From positions 64,001 through 128,000 of the forward strand of contig OZ219919.1 in assembly GCA_964291415.2 (NCBI GenBank): a stretch of 64,000 bases of DNA, written 5' to 3'. Position 1 is the first letter of the stretch. Each line of letters starts with the position of its first letter. A program made the translations under genes and the position numbers. This DNA comes from Alphaproteobacteria bacterium. Its GTDB lineage: Bacteria > Pseudomonadota > Alphaproteobacteria > SP197. A model generated the notes under the pieces. That model saw nothing but the letters and a program-made list of their open reading frames with translations, was not told the origin of the DNA and made no database searches. Below are positions 29,688 to 40,008 of the stretch, piece by piece.

Positions 29688-31978
29688 GATCCGTCCCGAC
29701 GGAAGAGATAGACGGGGCTCGACCAGGCCCGGTGACCATCCTCTGTCGTGACCCTGATCCACAGGGGATTGTCGCCGTCGTCATGGAGGGCGACGTCAAG
29801 GGTCTCGCTCATCCGCGTCACCGCCAAGTCTTCGGGAAGGCGCGTCAGGGAAACGTGGCGTTCCAGCCCGCCGGCATCGACCACGAGAGGTTCCTCGCCG
29901 ATATCCTGCAAGGGCACGGTGATGTCGACATGGCCCGCATCAAGCGCAATCTGGCCTGCCCACGACTCCAGGCCCGCATCGAACCCGACGAAGTTGCCGG
30001 TGGTGAGCACGTCGAAGACCACCTCGCTGTCGCCATGGCGATGGAGCGGGCGCTCGTGGTTCCAGGCACAGACGGTGGAGAAACTCCGGATGCCGCTCCC
30101 ATCGAACCGGGCCCTGCCCTGCCATCGGGTCTGCCGGCCGCGGCCGCGGTATTCGGCGCCGTGAAAGAGAACCCTCAGCCTCGTGTCGGTGGTATCGGAC
30201 CGGTATCCCGGCAGGGACGCGACCACGCCGGCGCCATTGAGGGCGTCGATGCGCAGGATCGGCGAGTGCGTGACCACATCGAGATGGAGACGGGCGACCT
30301 CCAGCTCGGTCGAGGCAATGTCGCCCATGACGAGGGTCGAGGCAGGACAGGATTCCACGGGACCAAGCCGGGGGTCCGTGTCGAAACGGGCGGCCGGTTC
30401 ATCGAACGTCACACGCACATCCATGTGGAGACGGCACCCGGTGGTCCCGTAGTGATGCCTGCGGCGAAGCGACCGGAAGATGCCGTCCCGGGTGAGGCGA
30501 TCGGCGAGAAAGCAGGTCAGGCCACCGTAGGCGCCGAACTCGGAGGCCCCGGGATGGGACGCTCCCGGACGGCCCTTGTGCACGTCGCTGTTGCAGACGA
30601 GGCCGTGGCGATAGCCGAGGGCGAAACTCTCCGCCATCAGCCACTCGAAGGTGCCCCAGTTCGAGTGGATCTCCACCGCCGTGCGGAGCGAGCCTCCGTC
30701 GGCCGCCGCGATGTCCGCCGGACGTCCGCCAATATGGGCAAACACCACGCAATCCTCGTCAGAAAGAGCTTCGAAGAGTGCGCCCGAGGTGTTGACGTCG
30801 CTGGAAGGGCCGACGCTCTCAAGTAGCAGCGCGCGGGACGAACGGCGGATGGCGCGTCCCTCGTTCCGGAAGAAGACATTGTGGTCACCCCCCATGGAGG
30901 TGTTGCCGGACCACTCGTAACCCGGGAACGTCACGAAACGCCCATCCTCGTTGAAGGCCGCGGCAACATCGTTGATGCGCTGCCAGAACAGATCATTGAT
31001 CTGAAAGTCGTTGGCCTGGTGGCTCGTGACGTCGAGAAAGGCGCGGTCGCGGGCGAACGAGAAGTACTCCTCGATCGTGTTGATCCCGACGGTTTCTCCG
31101 CTCTGGCCGTGGAGGTCGCCCCAGAAGGTCTCCGGAACGCCCGCCTCCACCACGAGCGGGTTCGACGTGGCGAGTTTGCGGCCGTCCGGGGACAAGAGCC
31201 TCACGGTCACGTCCCCTTCGGCCGGGCAGGACAGGCCCTCGATACGCAGGAACTCTTCGCCAGGAGGCCAGTCGATGGCGGGCGGCAGGCCTGTGATCGT
31301 TCCGCTCGCCGCAAGGTGAAACGGGCCTTCCACCTTGCCGGTGGGGTTGCTCCACCCATCCTCCGCCCGGATCGACAGTGCAAAGGACGATCCGGGCCGC
31401 CGCCTTGTCGGCAGAACGACATGCCAGGACACGGCCTCTCCAGGGACCACCGTGACGAATGGGCGGTCGGGAACGGGAAGGAAGTGACCCGTGGCACAGG
31501 CATCAACAAGCACCCGGAACTCGTGAGCACTCTCGGTAAAGGTCTGCATGCGCAGCCCGGGTGAACCCCCCGAACGATCTCCGAACACCACCTCGATCCG
31601 GTCACCACAGGCCATGGATCCGTGCGTGACGACGATCCTGAGCGAACGGTCCCAGGGTCTCTGGTGTCCGCCCGGCTCCACCATGGTTACCAGGCGACAG
31701 CCGTTGCTGGCCCTTGCGGAACAGTAGTTCATGGCTGCCGGATCGTCGGTCTGCCAGCGCCCCCCGTCGTTCGCAAAGCGCTGGACGATCTTGATGCCGC
31801 CCGTGTCGTCGAGGCCGAAGCGTCCGACGGTGTAGGTGAGGACAAAAGTCTGGAAGGAGCGGATCTCCACCGGTTCCTGCGGCCACAGTGACGCCGCTCC
31901 CCGGTCTCCCGGATCGGCGCCCGGCTGCGCAGCCGGCCACACCTCGCCCATCAGGTCCATCGCAATCGGCCCGGGCAT
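29684..31978 (-). CDS. DUF3604 / PHP-like metallohydrolase domain protein
   Basis: FWGDLHGQSGETVG, HQANDFQI, FPGYEWSGNT..GGDHNV, EIHSNWG, NSDVHKGRPG, YGTTG, AWSSP. Confidence 0.85.
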   Translation of the reverse strand: MPGPIAMDLMGEVWPAAQPGADPGDRGAASLWPQEPVEIRSFQTFVLTYTVGRFGLDDTGGIKIVQRFANDGGRWQTDDPAAMNYCSARASNGCRLVTMVEPGGHQRPWDRSLRIVVTHGSMACGDRIEVVFGDRSGGSPGLRMQTFTESAHEFRVLVDACATGHFLPVPDRPFVTVVPGEAVSWHVVLPTRRRPGSSFALSIRAEDGWSNPTGKVEGPFHLAASGTITGLPPAIDWPPGEEFLRIEGLSCPAEGDVTVRLLSPDGRKLATSNPLVVEAGVPETFWGDLHGQSGETVGINTIEEYFSFARDRAFLDVTSHQANDFQINDLFWQRINDVAAAFNEDGRFVTFPGYEWSGNTSMGGDHNVFFRNEGRAIRRSSRALLLESVGPSSDVNTSGALFEALSDEDCVVFAHIGGRPADIAAADGGSLRTAVEIHSNWGTFEWLMAESFALGYRHGLVCNSDVHKGRPGASHPGASEFGAYGGLTCFLADRLTRDGIFRSLRRRHHYGTTGCRLHMDVRVTFDEPAARFDTDPRLGPVESCPASTLVMGDIASTELEVARLHLDVVTHSPILRIDALNGAGVVASLPGYRSDTTDTRLRVLFHGAEYRGRGRQTRWQGRARFDGSGIRSFSTVCAWNHERPLHRHGDSEVVFDVLTTGNFVGFDAGLESWAGQIALDAGHVDITVPLQDIGEEPLVVDAGGLERHVSLTRLPEDLAVTRMSETLDVALHDDGDNPLWIRVTTEDGHRAWSSPVYLFRRDGS

Positions 31979-32131
31979 GACGGTCTCCTCCCCGACGACA
32001 CAGGCCCGAGTGGACACTGCTCCCTTCCGACAATCAAGACGGCGGCACGGGGGATGCGCGCAATCGCGGCGCGACATCCCGTACCTGGGTGCTAAGATGG
32101 GAACGAAGGTTCCAACCGGGAGGACAAGGCC

Positions 32132-33136
32132 ATGCCGGACACGCCGCGACAGGCAGCGGAACGCCTCTTTCGTGACGCCATCATCTGGGATGATCACGCA
32201 GGGTTTGGTCCCGATCCCGGTGTCGACCTCTCCAAGCTGCGCATCTGGAAGGAGGCCGGCGTCCATTATCTCAGCGTCAATGTCGGCTACGACGTCATGG
32301 ACTGGCGCGATTCGATCAAGTCGCTCGCCGCATTCCGGCGCTGGATTCTGGCCAGCGACGGCTATGACCTCGTCTCCTCGGTCGACGGGATTCGCGCGGC
32401 CAGGAAGGCCGGCAATCTCGCGGTGAGTTTCGATCTTGAAGGGATGAATGCCCTCGATGGGTCCCTGGACATGGTCGAGATGTACCATCATCTCGGTGTT
32501 CGCCAGATGCTCGTCGCCTACAACAGGAACAATCTTGCCGGCGGTGGATGCCATGACGAGGACATCCGTCTGACGGCGTTTGGCAGGGCCGTGATCGGCG
32601 AGATGAACAGGCTCGGCATGATCGTCGACTGTTCGCACACCAGCTACTCATCCTCCATGGAGGCGATGGAAGTCTCCACGGCGCCGTGCATCTTCTCGCA
32701 TTCCAACGCCCGGGCGCTACGGGATCACGAGCGCAACATCCGCGATGACCAGGCGAAGGCCTGCGCGGCAACAGGCGGCGTGGTGGGCATCGTCGGAATC
32801 GGCATCTTTCTGGGCGACAACGACATCCGCACGACGACCATGGCGGACCATGTCGACCACTACGTCGATCTTCTCGGACCCGACCACGTCGGCATCGGCC
32901 TCGACTACGCCTTCGAAAGCGATGATGACGGGGGTGAAGGCCTGGGAAGCGTCCTCGAGCGCAACACGGACTACTGGCCGAAGGCCCAGTACGACCACCC
33001 GGACATCACCTGTGCAGCGCCAGGCCAGATCCTTGAACTCGCCGAGGAACTGTTCCGGCGCCAGTACTCCGAACGGGATGTCCGCGCCATCATGGGCGGC
33101 AACTTCATGCGGGTTGCCGAAGCAGTCTGGAAGTAG
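32132..33136 (+). CDS. Membrane dipeptidase (M19) family protein
   Basis: WDDH, DLEG, YNRNN, EMNRLGMIVDCSH, FSHSN, RNIRDD, HVGIGLD, MGGNFMRV. Confidence 0.9.
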   Translation: MPDTPRQAAERLFRDAIIWDDHAGFGPDPGVDLSKLRIWKEAGVHYLSVNVGYDVMDWRDSIKSLAAFRRWILASDGYDLVSSVDGIRAARKAGNLAVSFDLEGMNALDGSLDMVEMYHHLGVRQMLVAYNRNNLAGGGCHDEDIRLTAFGRAVIGEMNRLGMIVDCSHTSYSSSMEAMEVSTAPCIFSHSNARALRDHERNIRDDQAKACAATGGVVGIVGIGIFLGDNDIRTTTMADHVDHYVDLLGPDHVGIGLDYAFESDDDGGEGLGSVLERNTDYWPKAQYDHPDITCAAPGQILELAEELFRRQYSERDVRAIMGGNFMRVAEAVWK

Positions 33137-33259
33137 GGACCCTGACCTGGAAGCCGGCGATTCGGGAACGACCGAACCGGGCGGAGTGGATGCAACGCCG
33201 GGCCAGACGGGAGGTGCGTGCCGACCGGTGACCGAACCACGGGTTACGGCCGCAATGGT

Positions 33260-35320
33260 TCAGCCGAGATCGAGTTCCTTCTTGCGCCGTTCGGCCCACG
33301 TACGGACGATCTGGTCGACGGCAAGACCGATGAAGGCGACGCACAGGCCGAGCGTGAGACCGATGCCGGTTCCGCGGGGATCCGAGATCGCCCCGAGGAT
33401 CAGCTGGCCGAGATCGGTGGTGCCGATGAAGGCGCCGATGATCACCATGAAGAGGCCGAAGATCACCGTCTGGTTCAATCCCAGCATGATGTGCGGAAAG
33501 GCGAGCGGGAACTCGATCTGGACCAGCCTTTGCATGCGCGAGACGCCTGACATCGTGCCTGCTTCCTGAATCACCGCGGGCACGCTGCGCAGCCCCTCCA
33601 CCGTGTAGCGGGTGGCTGGCACCAGGGCATAGACCACGGATGCAATGATCACGGATGTGTCGGTGATGCCGAACAGCATGATCACCGGAATGAGGTAGAT
33701 GAAGGATGGAAATGTCTGCAGGAAGTCGCAAACGAGGAGCACCGCCCTTGTCGCCAGGCGGTTCTGCGCGCACAACGTGCCCACGACGAGCCCGACGACA
33801 GCCGCCACCATGACGGAAAAGGAGGCCATGTAGGCGGTGATGAGAGCCCTGTCCCAGTACTCCGACAAGGCGATGAAGAGCAGGAAACCGCCGACGATGA
33901 GTGCGGATTTCAGACCATCGAGAAGGAAGGCAAGGCCCATCATGAGCACGAAGGTGGCGATCACCGGCATGCCGAGATAGAGATCCCGCATCGGGAAGAG
34001 CACCTTGATGATCAGGAACTCGTTGAAGCCCTTCAGCGTGAAGAAGAAGGTATCCCAGATCCAGTCGACCGCCGCCTGCCAGAAGGGAGCGGTCGTGATG
34101 CCCTTGTTGTGCGGCACGATGTAGAGGTAGTTGCGGTCCTCCCCGAAGATGAACGACCCGGCCCAGGCAAGCAGACATCCGGCAACCAGGATGGCAGCCA
34201 GCACGATCACCAGGCGATGGCGCTCGAAGAAGGAGAGATCCGCAAAGTAGTCCGTCTGCTTGTGGGCCCAGGCCAGCGACATCCTGTCGAGAACCACAGC
34301 AATGAGCACGATGCACAGTCCGATCTCGATGCCGGTGCCGACCTTGAGGGAGTTCAGGGCGATCATCAGGTTCGATCCAAGGCCCTGTGCGCCGATGAAG
34401 GATGCGATCACGGTCATCGCCAGGCACTGCATCACCACCTGGTTGACGCCGATGAGAACATCGCGCTTGGCGGTCGGCACGAGCACCCGGAACAGCAGCT
34501 GGAATCTGCCGCACCCGTTCATGATGCCGGCCTCGACGACATCCGCCGGCACGTTCTTCAGGCCGAGCAGCGTGAGTCGCACCATCGGCGGCGTGGCAAA
34601 GATGATGGTGGCGATGGCAGCCGCGTGATCCCCGACCCCGAAGAGGACGATGACAGGAACAAGGTACGAATAGTGCGGCATCGTCTGGGCCACATTGAGA
34701 AGCGGATTGAGAGCCGACTCGACTGCCCTGTTCCTGAAGGCCCAGATGCCCAGAGCCAGCCCGAGAACCACGGACACCGGCGCCGCCACCAGAACGAACG
34801 AGAGCGTTTGCATCGACGGCTCCCACTGCCCGAAGACGGCGACGTAGACAGTGGAGAAGGCCGCCAGGGCCGCCAGCCCGATTCCCTGGAGCCTGTAGCC
34901 CAGAACGATGGCCCAGCCCGTGATCACCGTCCATGGCAGGGCGGGCCAGCGCAGCCAAGGATTCTCGTTGATGAAGTTCCAGTCCGTGAAGGCGACGATC
35001 GTCTTGACCCCGCCAAGCATGACCTCGCGGACAGCGTCAATGATGAGGAGAAGAGAGCTCGAGATCGCCCGTGTCATCTCGCGGAACAGGGGTCTGGTCT
35101 CGTAGTCGTCGATCGTTGGATCGTAGACCTCGATCGGCATCCACTCGAAGAGCAGGTTCTGGACCGTGTCGTTGATGATGAACGGCAGATCCTTCAGCAG
35201 CGGCGGAAACCGCCACAACCAGTTGGCGTCCGAAGGATTGACCAGCAGGCACAACAGCACGAAAACAACGAAGAGGACGCCAAAACCGATGGTCTTGCGG
35301 GATATCCGTGGTGCCGCCAT
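33260..35320 (-). CDS. ABC permease with tandem ProW-like domains (TmoV-like)
   Basis: Two EAA-loop regions (VVEAGIMNGC, IQEAGTMSG); QTMPHYSYLVP and QTFPSFIYLIP. Confidence 0.92.
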   Translation of the reverse strand: MAAPRISRKTIGFGVLFVVFVLLCLLVNPSDANWLWRFPPLLKDLPFIINDTVQNLLFEWMPIEVYDPTIDDYETRPLFREMTRAISSSLLLIIDAVREVMLGGVKTIVAFTDWNFINENPWLRWPALPWTVITGWAIVLGYRLQGIGLAALAAFSTVYVAVFGQWEPSMQTLSFVLVAAPVSVVLGLALGIWAFRNRAVESALNPLLNVAQTMPHYSYLVPVIVLFGVGDHAAAIATIIFATPPMVRLTLLGLKNVPADVVEAGIMNGCGRFQLLFRVLVPTAKRDVLIGVNQVVMQCLAMTVIASFIGAQGLGSNLMIALNSLKVGTGIEIGLCIVLIAVVLDRMSLAWAHKQTDYFADLSFFERHRLVIVLAAILVAGCLLAWAGSFIFGEDRNYLYIVPHNKGITTAPFWQAAVDWIWDTFFFTLKGFNEFLIIKVLFPMRDLYLGMPVIATFVLMMGLAFLLDGLKSALIVGGFLLFIALSEYWDRALITAYMASFSVMVAAVVGLVVGTLCAQNRLATRAVLLVCDFLQTFPSFIYLIPVIMLFGITDTSVIIASVVYALVPATRYTVEGLRSVPAVIQEAGTMSGVSRMQRLVQIEFPLAFPHIMLGLNQTVIFGLFMVIIGAFIGTTDLGQLILGAISDPRGTGIGLTLGLCVAFIGLAVDQIVRTWAERRKKELDLG

Positions 35321-35330
35321 GGCCGCCCGG

Positions 35331-36389
35331 TCAAGTCCCCTGCCTGGTGCCGAAGAGGACGTTGATCACATGGGAGGCGTGGAGAATGCCGACGAGCCGG
35401 TCGTCGGCATCGACCACGCCGACAGGCCGTGTCTGGTTCAGAATCGCTTCGGCAACAGTCTCGATGATCAGATCCTTGGAGACCCTGAGGTCGGAGAGTG
35501 CTTCCGTCTCGTCAATCGGATCCATGAGAACCTCGATCTTCAGGACCTTTTCCCGTGGCACGTCCTGGGTGAACTTGCGGACATACTCCGTGGCCGGCTC
35601 CAGGATGATGTTGGCCGGCGTATCGAGTTGCTCGATGATGCCCTCCTTCATGATGGCGATACGGTCGGCCAGACGAAGCGCCTCGTCGAAGTCATGGGTA
35701 ACAAAGAGAATGGTCTTGTTGAGGACTTCCTGGAGTCTCAGGAACTCGTCCTGCATCTCCTTGCGGATGAGCGGATCGAGAGCAGAGAACGGTTCATCGA
35801 GGAACCAGATATCGGGTTCGACCGCCAGCGAACGGGCGATTCCGACCCGTTGCTGCTGACCGCCGGAAAGTTCCCTGGGAAAGTAGTTTTCACGCCCCTG
35901 AAGACCGACGAGTTCCGCCATGTCCCGCGCCCTCGAGACACTGTCCCGGGTCTTCATTCCCTTCATCTGGAGCGGGAAGGCGATGTTCTCCAGCACGGTC
36001 TTGTGGGGCAGAAGGCCGAAGTTCTGGAACACCATGCCCATCCTGGAACGTCGCATGTCCAGCAGTTGCCGGCCGTTCATGGCCAGAAGGTCCTGCCCCT
36101 CGATGAAGATCTTGCCTGCGGACGCCTCGGTCAGCCTGGAGATGCAACGAAGCAGCGTCGACTTGCCCGAACCGGACAATCCCATGATGACGAGGAGTTC
36201 GCCGGCGTGAACCTCGAACGAGGCGTTGTTGACCCCGACAATGCAGCCGGCCGCCTTGGCGGCATCGGCGTCAACGAATCCATCGGCTCCCTCAAGCAGG
36301 CTCTTCGCATGACGCCCGAAGATCTTGTAGACGGACCGGCACTCGATGACTGGTTTCCCTTCGCCATCCGCCCGTCCTCTAGAAGGCAT
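35331..36389 (-). CDS. ABC ATP-binding protein (ProV/TmoW-like)
   Basis: GLSGSGKST, LSGGQQQRVG, DEPFSALDPLIR, VTHD. Confidence 0.95.
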   Translation of the reverse strand: MPSRGRADGEGKPVIECRSVYKIFGRHAKSLLEGADGFVDADAAKAAGCIVGVNNASFEVHAGELLVIMGLSGSGKSTLLRCISRLTEASAGKIFIEGQDLLAMNGRQLLDMRRSRMGMVFQNFGLLPHKTVLENIAFPLQMKGMKTRDSVSRARDMAELVGLQGRENYFPRELSGGQQQRVGIARSLAVEPDIWFLDEPFSALDPLIRKEMQDEFLRLQEVLNKTILFVTHDFDEALRLADRIAIMKEGIIEQLDTPANIILEPATEYVRKFTQDVPREKVLKIEVLMDPIDETEALSDLRVSKDLIIETVAEAILNQTRPVGVVDADDRLVGILHASHVINVLFGTRQGT

Positions 36390-36481
36390 GAACTCTCCCC
36401 CGTTTTCGTGCATTCCCGACCCGCGGGACGCGACTCCTGATTCTTTGTGGTTGGCGCGGCCGGGTCAATGCTCTAATGCAA

Positions 36482-36541
36482 TCGGGCCCTCCGGTGACGG
36501 AGGGCCCGACAGAAATGTCACGCAAGGCAGGATTGCCTTGC
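36482..36541 (-). terminator. Two stem-loops downstream of the SBP gene
   Basis: TCGGGCCCTCCG-GTGA-CGGAGGGCCCGA and GCAAGGCA-GGAT-TGCCTTGC. Confidence 0.7.
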
Positions 36542-36554
36542 CCGAGAGCTGCGT

Positions 36555-37526
36555 TCAGTTGCTTTCGCCGAGAACCGATTCGGTCCAGGGCTTCCAGACG
36601 TCCTCGTTGTCGGCCAGCCACTTGGCCGCGGCATCCTCATGGGTCATCTTGTCGAGATCGACCAGAGCCGCCATGGAACCGATCTGCGGCGTGTTGAACG
36701 TGAGTTTCGAGAACACCGTGTAGGCCTGGGGATGGGTCTTCGGGAGCCTGTAATGCGCTCCCTTCTTCAGCCAGCCGACCGGTGAGCCGCAACCCGTGGA
36801 ACTGAGGTCGCCGCCATCGACGATGCGGCAACCGTCGTAGTAGGGCGGAAACTCGATGAAGGTGAACCCTTCGGCATCCGTGAAGTTCGGGGTCCAGTTG
36901 AAGATGATCGTGCCGCGCCCTTCCTTCTTGGCCGCCTCGAGTTCGGCCCACAGGGCATCGGCAGCACCGGCAAACTTGACCACCCAGGTGTCGTCGAGCC
37001 CCAGTCCCTTGATGCGGTTGGGCATGATGTCGCCATGCCAGCTCTGGGGACCCTCGAGCCAGCGGCCCTTGCCGCCGGAATCCGGGGTGGCAAAGTTGGC
37101 ATAGCAGTCCTTGAGCGCCTCCCAGGCGGGCAGGCCGGGGCACAGGCCCTGGTCGATCACCCAGTTCGGCACACCCATCTCCTCGAGCGTCTCGGCGTCA
37201 TGGGTGCCCGCATCGATCAGGCCGCCCTTCTCCATGGCGCTGTAGTAGGCGTTCTGCATGGTCGACTGCCACACCTCGTGCAGGATGTGGATGTCGCCGA
37301 CGCGCACGGCCTCGAAACTCGCCTGGTTGTCGACAGGCACGTACTCGACGGTGGCGCCGATGCTCTCGAAGATGCCACCGATGACGTGGGCCATGACGAT
37401 CTGGCTCGACCAGTTCTTGATGGGAATCTTGATCGGTTCGTTGCTGTCCGCACTCGCTGTCCCGGCAATCGCCAGGACGGCCGCCGACATGAACCCCACA
37501 ATCCCCCCTCTCATTCTTCGATTCAC
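36555..37526 (-). CDS. Quaternary-amine/TMAO ABC substrate-binding protein (TmoX-like), copy A
   Basis: ADSNEPIKIPIKNWSSQIVM, CPGLPAWEALKDC, ALWAE, FNWTPNF, GWLKK; first gene of the SBP-ATPase-permease operon. Confidence 0.9.
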   Translation of the reverse strand: MNRRMRGGIVGFMSAAVLAIAGTASADSNEPIKIPIKNWSSQIVMAHVIGGIFESIGATVEYVPVDNQASFEAVRVGDIHILHEVWQSTMQNAYYSAMEKGGLIDAGTHDAETLEEMGVPNWVIDQGLCPGLPAWEALKDCYANFATPDSGGKGRWLEGPQSWHGDIMPNRIKGLGLDDTWVVKFAGAADALWAELEAAKKEGRGTIIFNWTPNFTDAEGFTFIEFPPYYDGCRIVDGGDLSSTGCGSPVGWLKKGAHYRLPKTHPQAYTVFSKLTFNTPQIGSMAALVDLDKMTHEDAAAKWLADNEDVWKPWTESVLGESN

Positions 37527-37820
37527 AATATTTCTCCCCAATTTTGGTGACCTTAGGTGATGCCCTAGCCGGAATGGCAGAACGCCTCGAAGTCTTGTGG
37601 CAACGGTGGTCCGAGTCAAGCCGGACCCGAGAAGGCAGCTGGCCCGCTGTCGCAGCAAGCCACCCGCGCTCCACGTCCGGCATGTCAGAACCCACGCCCG
37701 AAGGCTGGACAGCCGCTTGCGGGCTGCCCGCACCGGGCGCAACCGTGGGCAAGACTTGCAGGTCGTGACGGCAGAGCGCAGTCTTGCGGCTGCAGGGCAA
37801 CGAGCCGCCGGAGACACGCC

Positions 37821-38699
37821 ATGAGGCCCCTCGACGTCCACCCGCCCGAGACCATGGGTGCGGTGCCGACCTTCGTTCCCGAGTCCAGCGAATGCGCGGG
37901 ACCGGCGGCGACCGCGGCGTACAGGCAGGACGGGGTGATCTGCCTGCGCGGTGCAATGGGAGAGGGCTGGCTCGCCGTGATCGAGGACGCAATCAGTCTG
38001 TTCCAGGCCGAGCAGGCCGAAGGCGACGATCACAACGTGATTGTCCGGGGCGAAGGCGATGACGGTGCCTTCCAGTACTCCTCGATGATGTGGAAGCACA
38101 ATCGGCTGTTCCGCGAGGTGATCTTCGAATCGCATGCGCCCGACCTCTTTGGCAGCCTGCTCGGGACGCGCCAGCTCAACTTCTTCTACGACTTTCTCCT
38201 TATCAAGCATCCGGGCTGTCGCAGCGCCTCGACGCCGTGGCATCAGGACATGTCCTACTATGCGCTGCACGGCACGCAGATCATCAACTGCTGGATCGCG
38301 CTCGACGACATCCCGGTCGAGACCGCCCTGCGCTTCGTCCGGGGCTCACACAGGACGGGCGAAATCTTCCGATCGGTCCACTTCGACCCCGACAGGACCT
38401 ATGACGGTCCGATGGAGGAGCGCCGCCTGCCTCCCGACTTCGACCGGGACGGCGAGGCCGACATCGTGACCGTCGCCATGAACCGGGGCGACGCGCTGGT
38501 CTGGAACGCCCGGACATTCCATTCCGCGCCAGGCAACCATCTCGACCGCCGCCGTGCGGCGCTCTCGCTCAACTTCGCCGGCGACGACGTGACCTACTTC
38601 GACATGCCGGGCGAATCGGACCCGCCGGACCGGGGCGAAGGTCTGGTCGAGGGAGGCCCCATCACCTGTACGACCTTCCCCGTCGTGCGCTCCTGGTAG
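37821..38699 (+). CDS. Phytanoyl-CoA dioxygenase (PhyH) family Fe(II)/2OG enzyme
   Basis: TPWHQD, CWIALD, FVRGSH, GDALVWNARTFH, RRAALS. Confidence 0.9.
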   Translation: MRPLDVHPPETMGAVPTFVPESSECAGPAATAAYRQDGVICLRGAMGEGWLAVIEDAISLFQAEQAEGDDHNVIVRGEGDDGAFQYSSMMWKHNRLFREVIFESHAPDLFGSLLGTRQLNFFYDFLLIKHPGCRSASTPWHQDMSYYALHGTQIINCWIALDDIPVETALRFVRGSHRTGEIFRSVHFDPDRTYDGPMEERRLPPDFDRDGEADIVTVAMNRGDALVWNARTFHSAPGNHLDRRRAALSLNFAGDDVTYFDMPGESDPPDRGEGLVEGGPITCTTFPVVRSW

Positions 38700-38766
38700 G
38701 CACTCCCCGAAAGCGGCCGGCCGTCAGCACGGTGTCGTGCGAAAGGACAACCCTCAGTCCCTGCTG

Positions 38767-39720
38767 TCACCCATAGTAGCCGGCGCGCACGGTCGCGCCG
38801 ATGAAGTTGCAGATGAGCCGTTCGGCGTGAATCATGGTGATGTTGCCTGCATCGCGGCCAGGTGCAATCTCCACCAGGTCCATGCCGAGCACGCGTCCCT
38901 TGCCCACGAGGCCGTGGATCAGCTTGCGGGTCTGCATCCAGTCGAGGCCGCCGGGCGTCTGGGCCATGACGGCCGGCATGATGGTGGGATCGAGTCCGTC
39001 GGCATCGATCGTGAGGTAGTAGGGCCCACCGTCGGGGATGCGGTCGAGCACGGCGTCCATGCCGATGTCGTGCATTTCGTAGGCCGTGATGATGTCGGCT
39101 CCGTACGCCCGGGCGGCTTCGACCTCGCCGTGGCGTGCACTCCCGATCCCGCGAATTCCGATCTGCGTGATGTGGCCGAACCAGGCCATCTCGGACGCCC
39201 GCCGGATCGGGCTGGAATAGCCTTCCGGTTCGCCGTTGACCTCGTCGCGCCAGTCGAGATGGGCATCGACGTGGACCAGCGTGATCTCGTCTTCCCGTTC
39301 CAGGGCCCGCATGACCGGAATCGGAATGCCGTGATCGCCACCCAGCGTCACGAGAACCGCTCCCGAGGCGAGTATCTTGCGGGCGGCAGCCTCGGCACGC
39401 CGGTAGTGCTCGGCATGATCACCCATGTCGGCGGTCACGTTGCCGCAATCGACCACGCGGACGGGCCGGTCATCGAGCAGGGTCCCTCCGAGGTCCCAGT
39501 CGAAATGGTTTCGTGTGTAGTCGCTCATATGGGAGCACTGGCGTATGGCGTCGGGTGCGCGACTCTGGTCGTTCGCCATTTCGTCGGGTCTGTAGGGCAT
39601 GCCGTAGGGAATGCCGAGGATGGCGATGTCCGCCTCGAGGCCGTCGAGATCGAGCGCCAGCGGAAAGTCCAGAAAGGTTGCCGGCGGCATGCCGGGTGGT
39701 GCGGTCAGGTCTTGGCTCAT
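38767..39720 (-). CDS. Agmatinase-family ureohydrolase (second paralog)
   Basis: GIPYG, GGDHG, HVDAHLD, TIDADGLDP, TPGGL, DLVE. Confidence 0.9.
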   Translation of the reverse strand: MSQDLTAPPGMPPATFLDFPLALDLDGLEADIAILGIPYGMPYRPDEMANDQSRAPDAIRQCSHMSDYTRNHFDWDLGGTLLDDRPVRVVDCGNVTADMGDHAEHYRRAEAAARKILASGAVLVTLGGDHGIPIPVMRALEREDEITLVHVDAHLDWRDEVNGEPEGYSSPIRRASEMAWFGHITQIGIRGIGSARHGEVEAARAYGADIITAYEMHDIGMDAVLDRIPDGGPYYLTIDADGLDPTIMPAVMAQTPGGLDWMQTRKLIHGLVGKGRVLGMDLVEIAPGRDAGNITMIHAERLICNFIGATVRAGYYG

Positions 39721-39754
39721 GGCGCGTTCTCCTCGGTCGGCGTGCGACAACAAC

Positions 39755-39900
39755 AACTCGCCGGACTCCACGGTTTCCGAAGCGGCAGGAATGTGCCGCA
39801 TTCTTCCTCAAGACTGACCCGATGGTAGTGCAGGTTCCCTGGCGAAGGCCACTGCGACCGGAAGAGCGGGACGACACTCTCCTTCTTCAATCAGGCGAAG
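39755..39900 (-). pseudogene. Decayed 3' end of an HNH nuclease paralog
   Basis: GTTTCCGAAGCGGCAGGAATGTGCCGCA...CCCGATGGTAGTGCAGG...AGGCCACTGCGACCGG matches 41463-41551. Confidence 0.85.
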
Positions 39901-40008
39901 TCCCTGACCGTGTGCCGGAAGAGCCTGCCGGACATGGCGGTGGTGCTGCCGCCTTGACGGGGCGCAAGCGTGGACTCCAAGCTCCCGGAGCCTTTGGGAG
40001 ACACCGTC

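Larger units (their letters stand above)
36457..37528 (-). repeat. 1,072-bp inverted repeat, copy A (partner at 57107-58178)
   Basis: Covers the SBP gene plus about 98 bp of 3' region; reverse-complement match to copy B. Confidence 0.95.
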
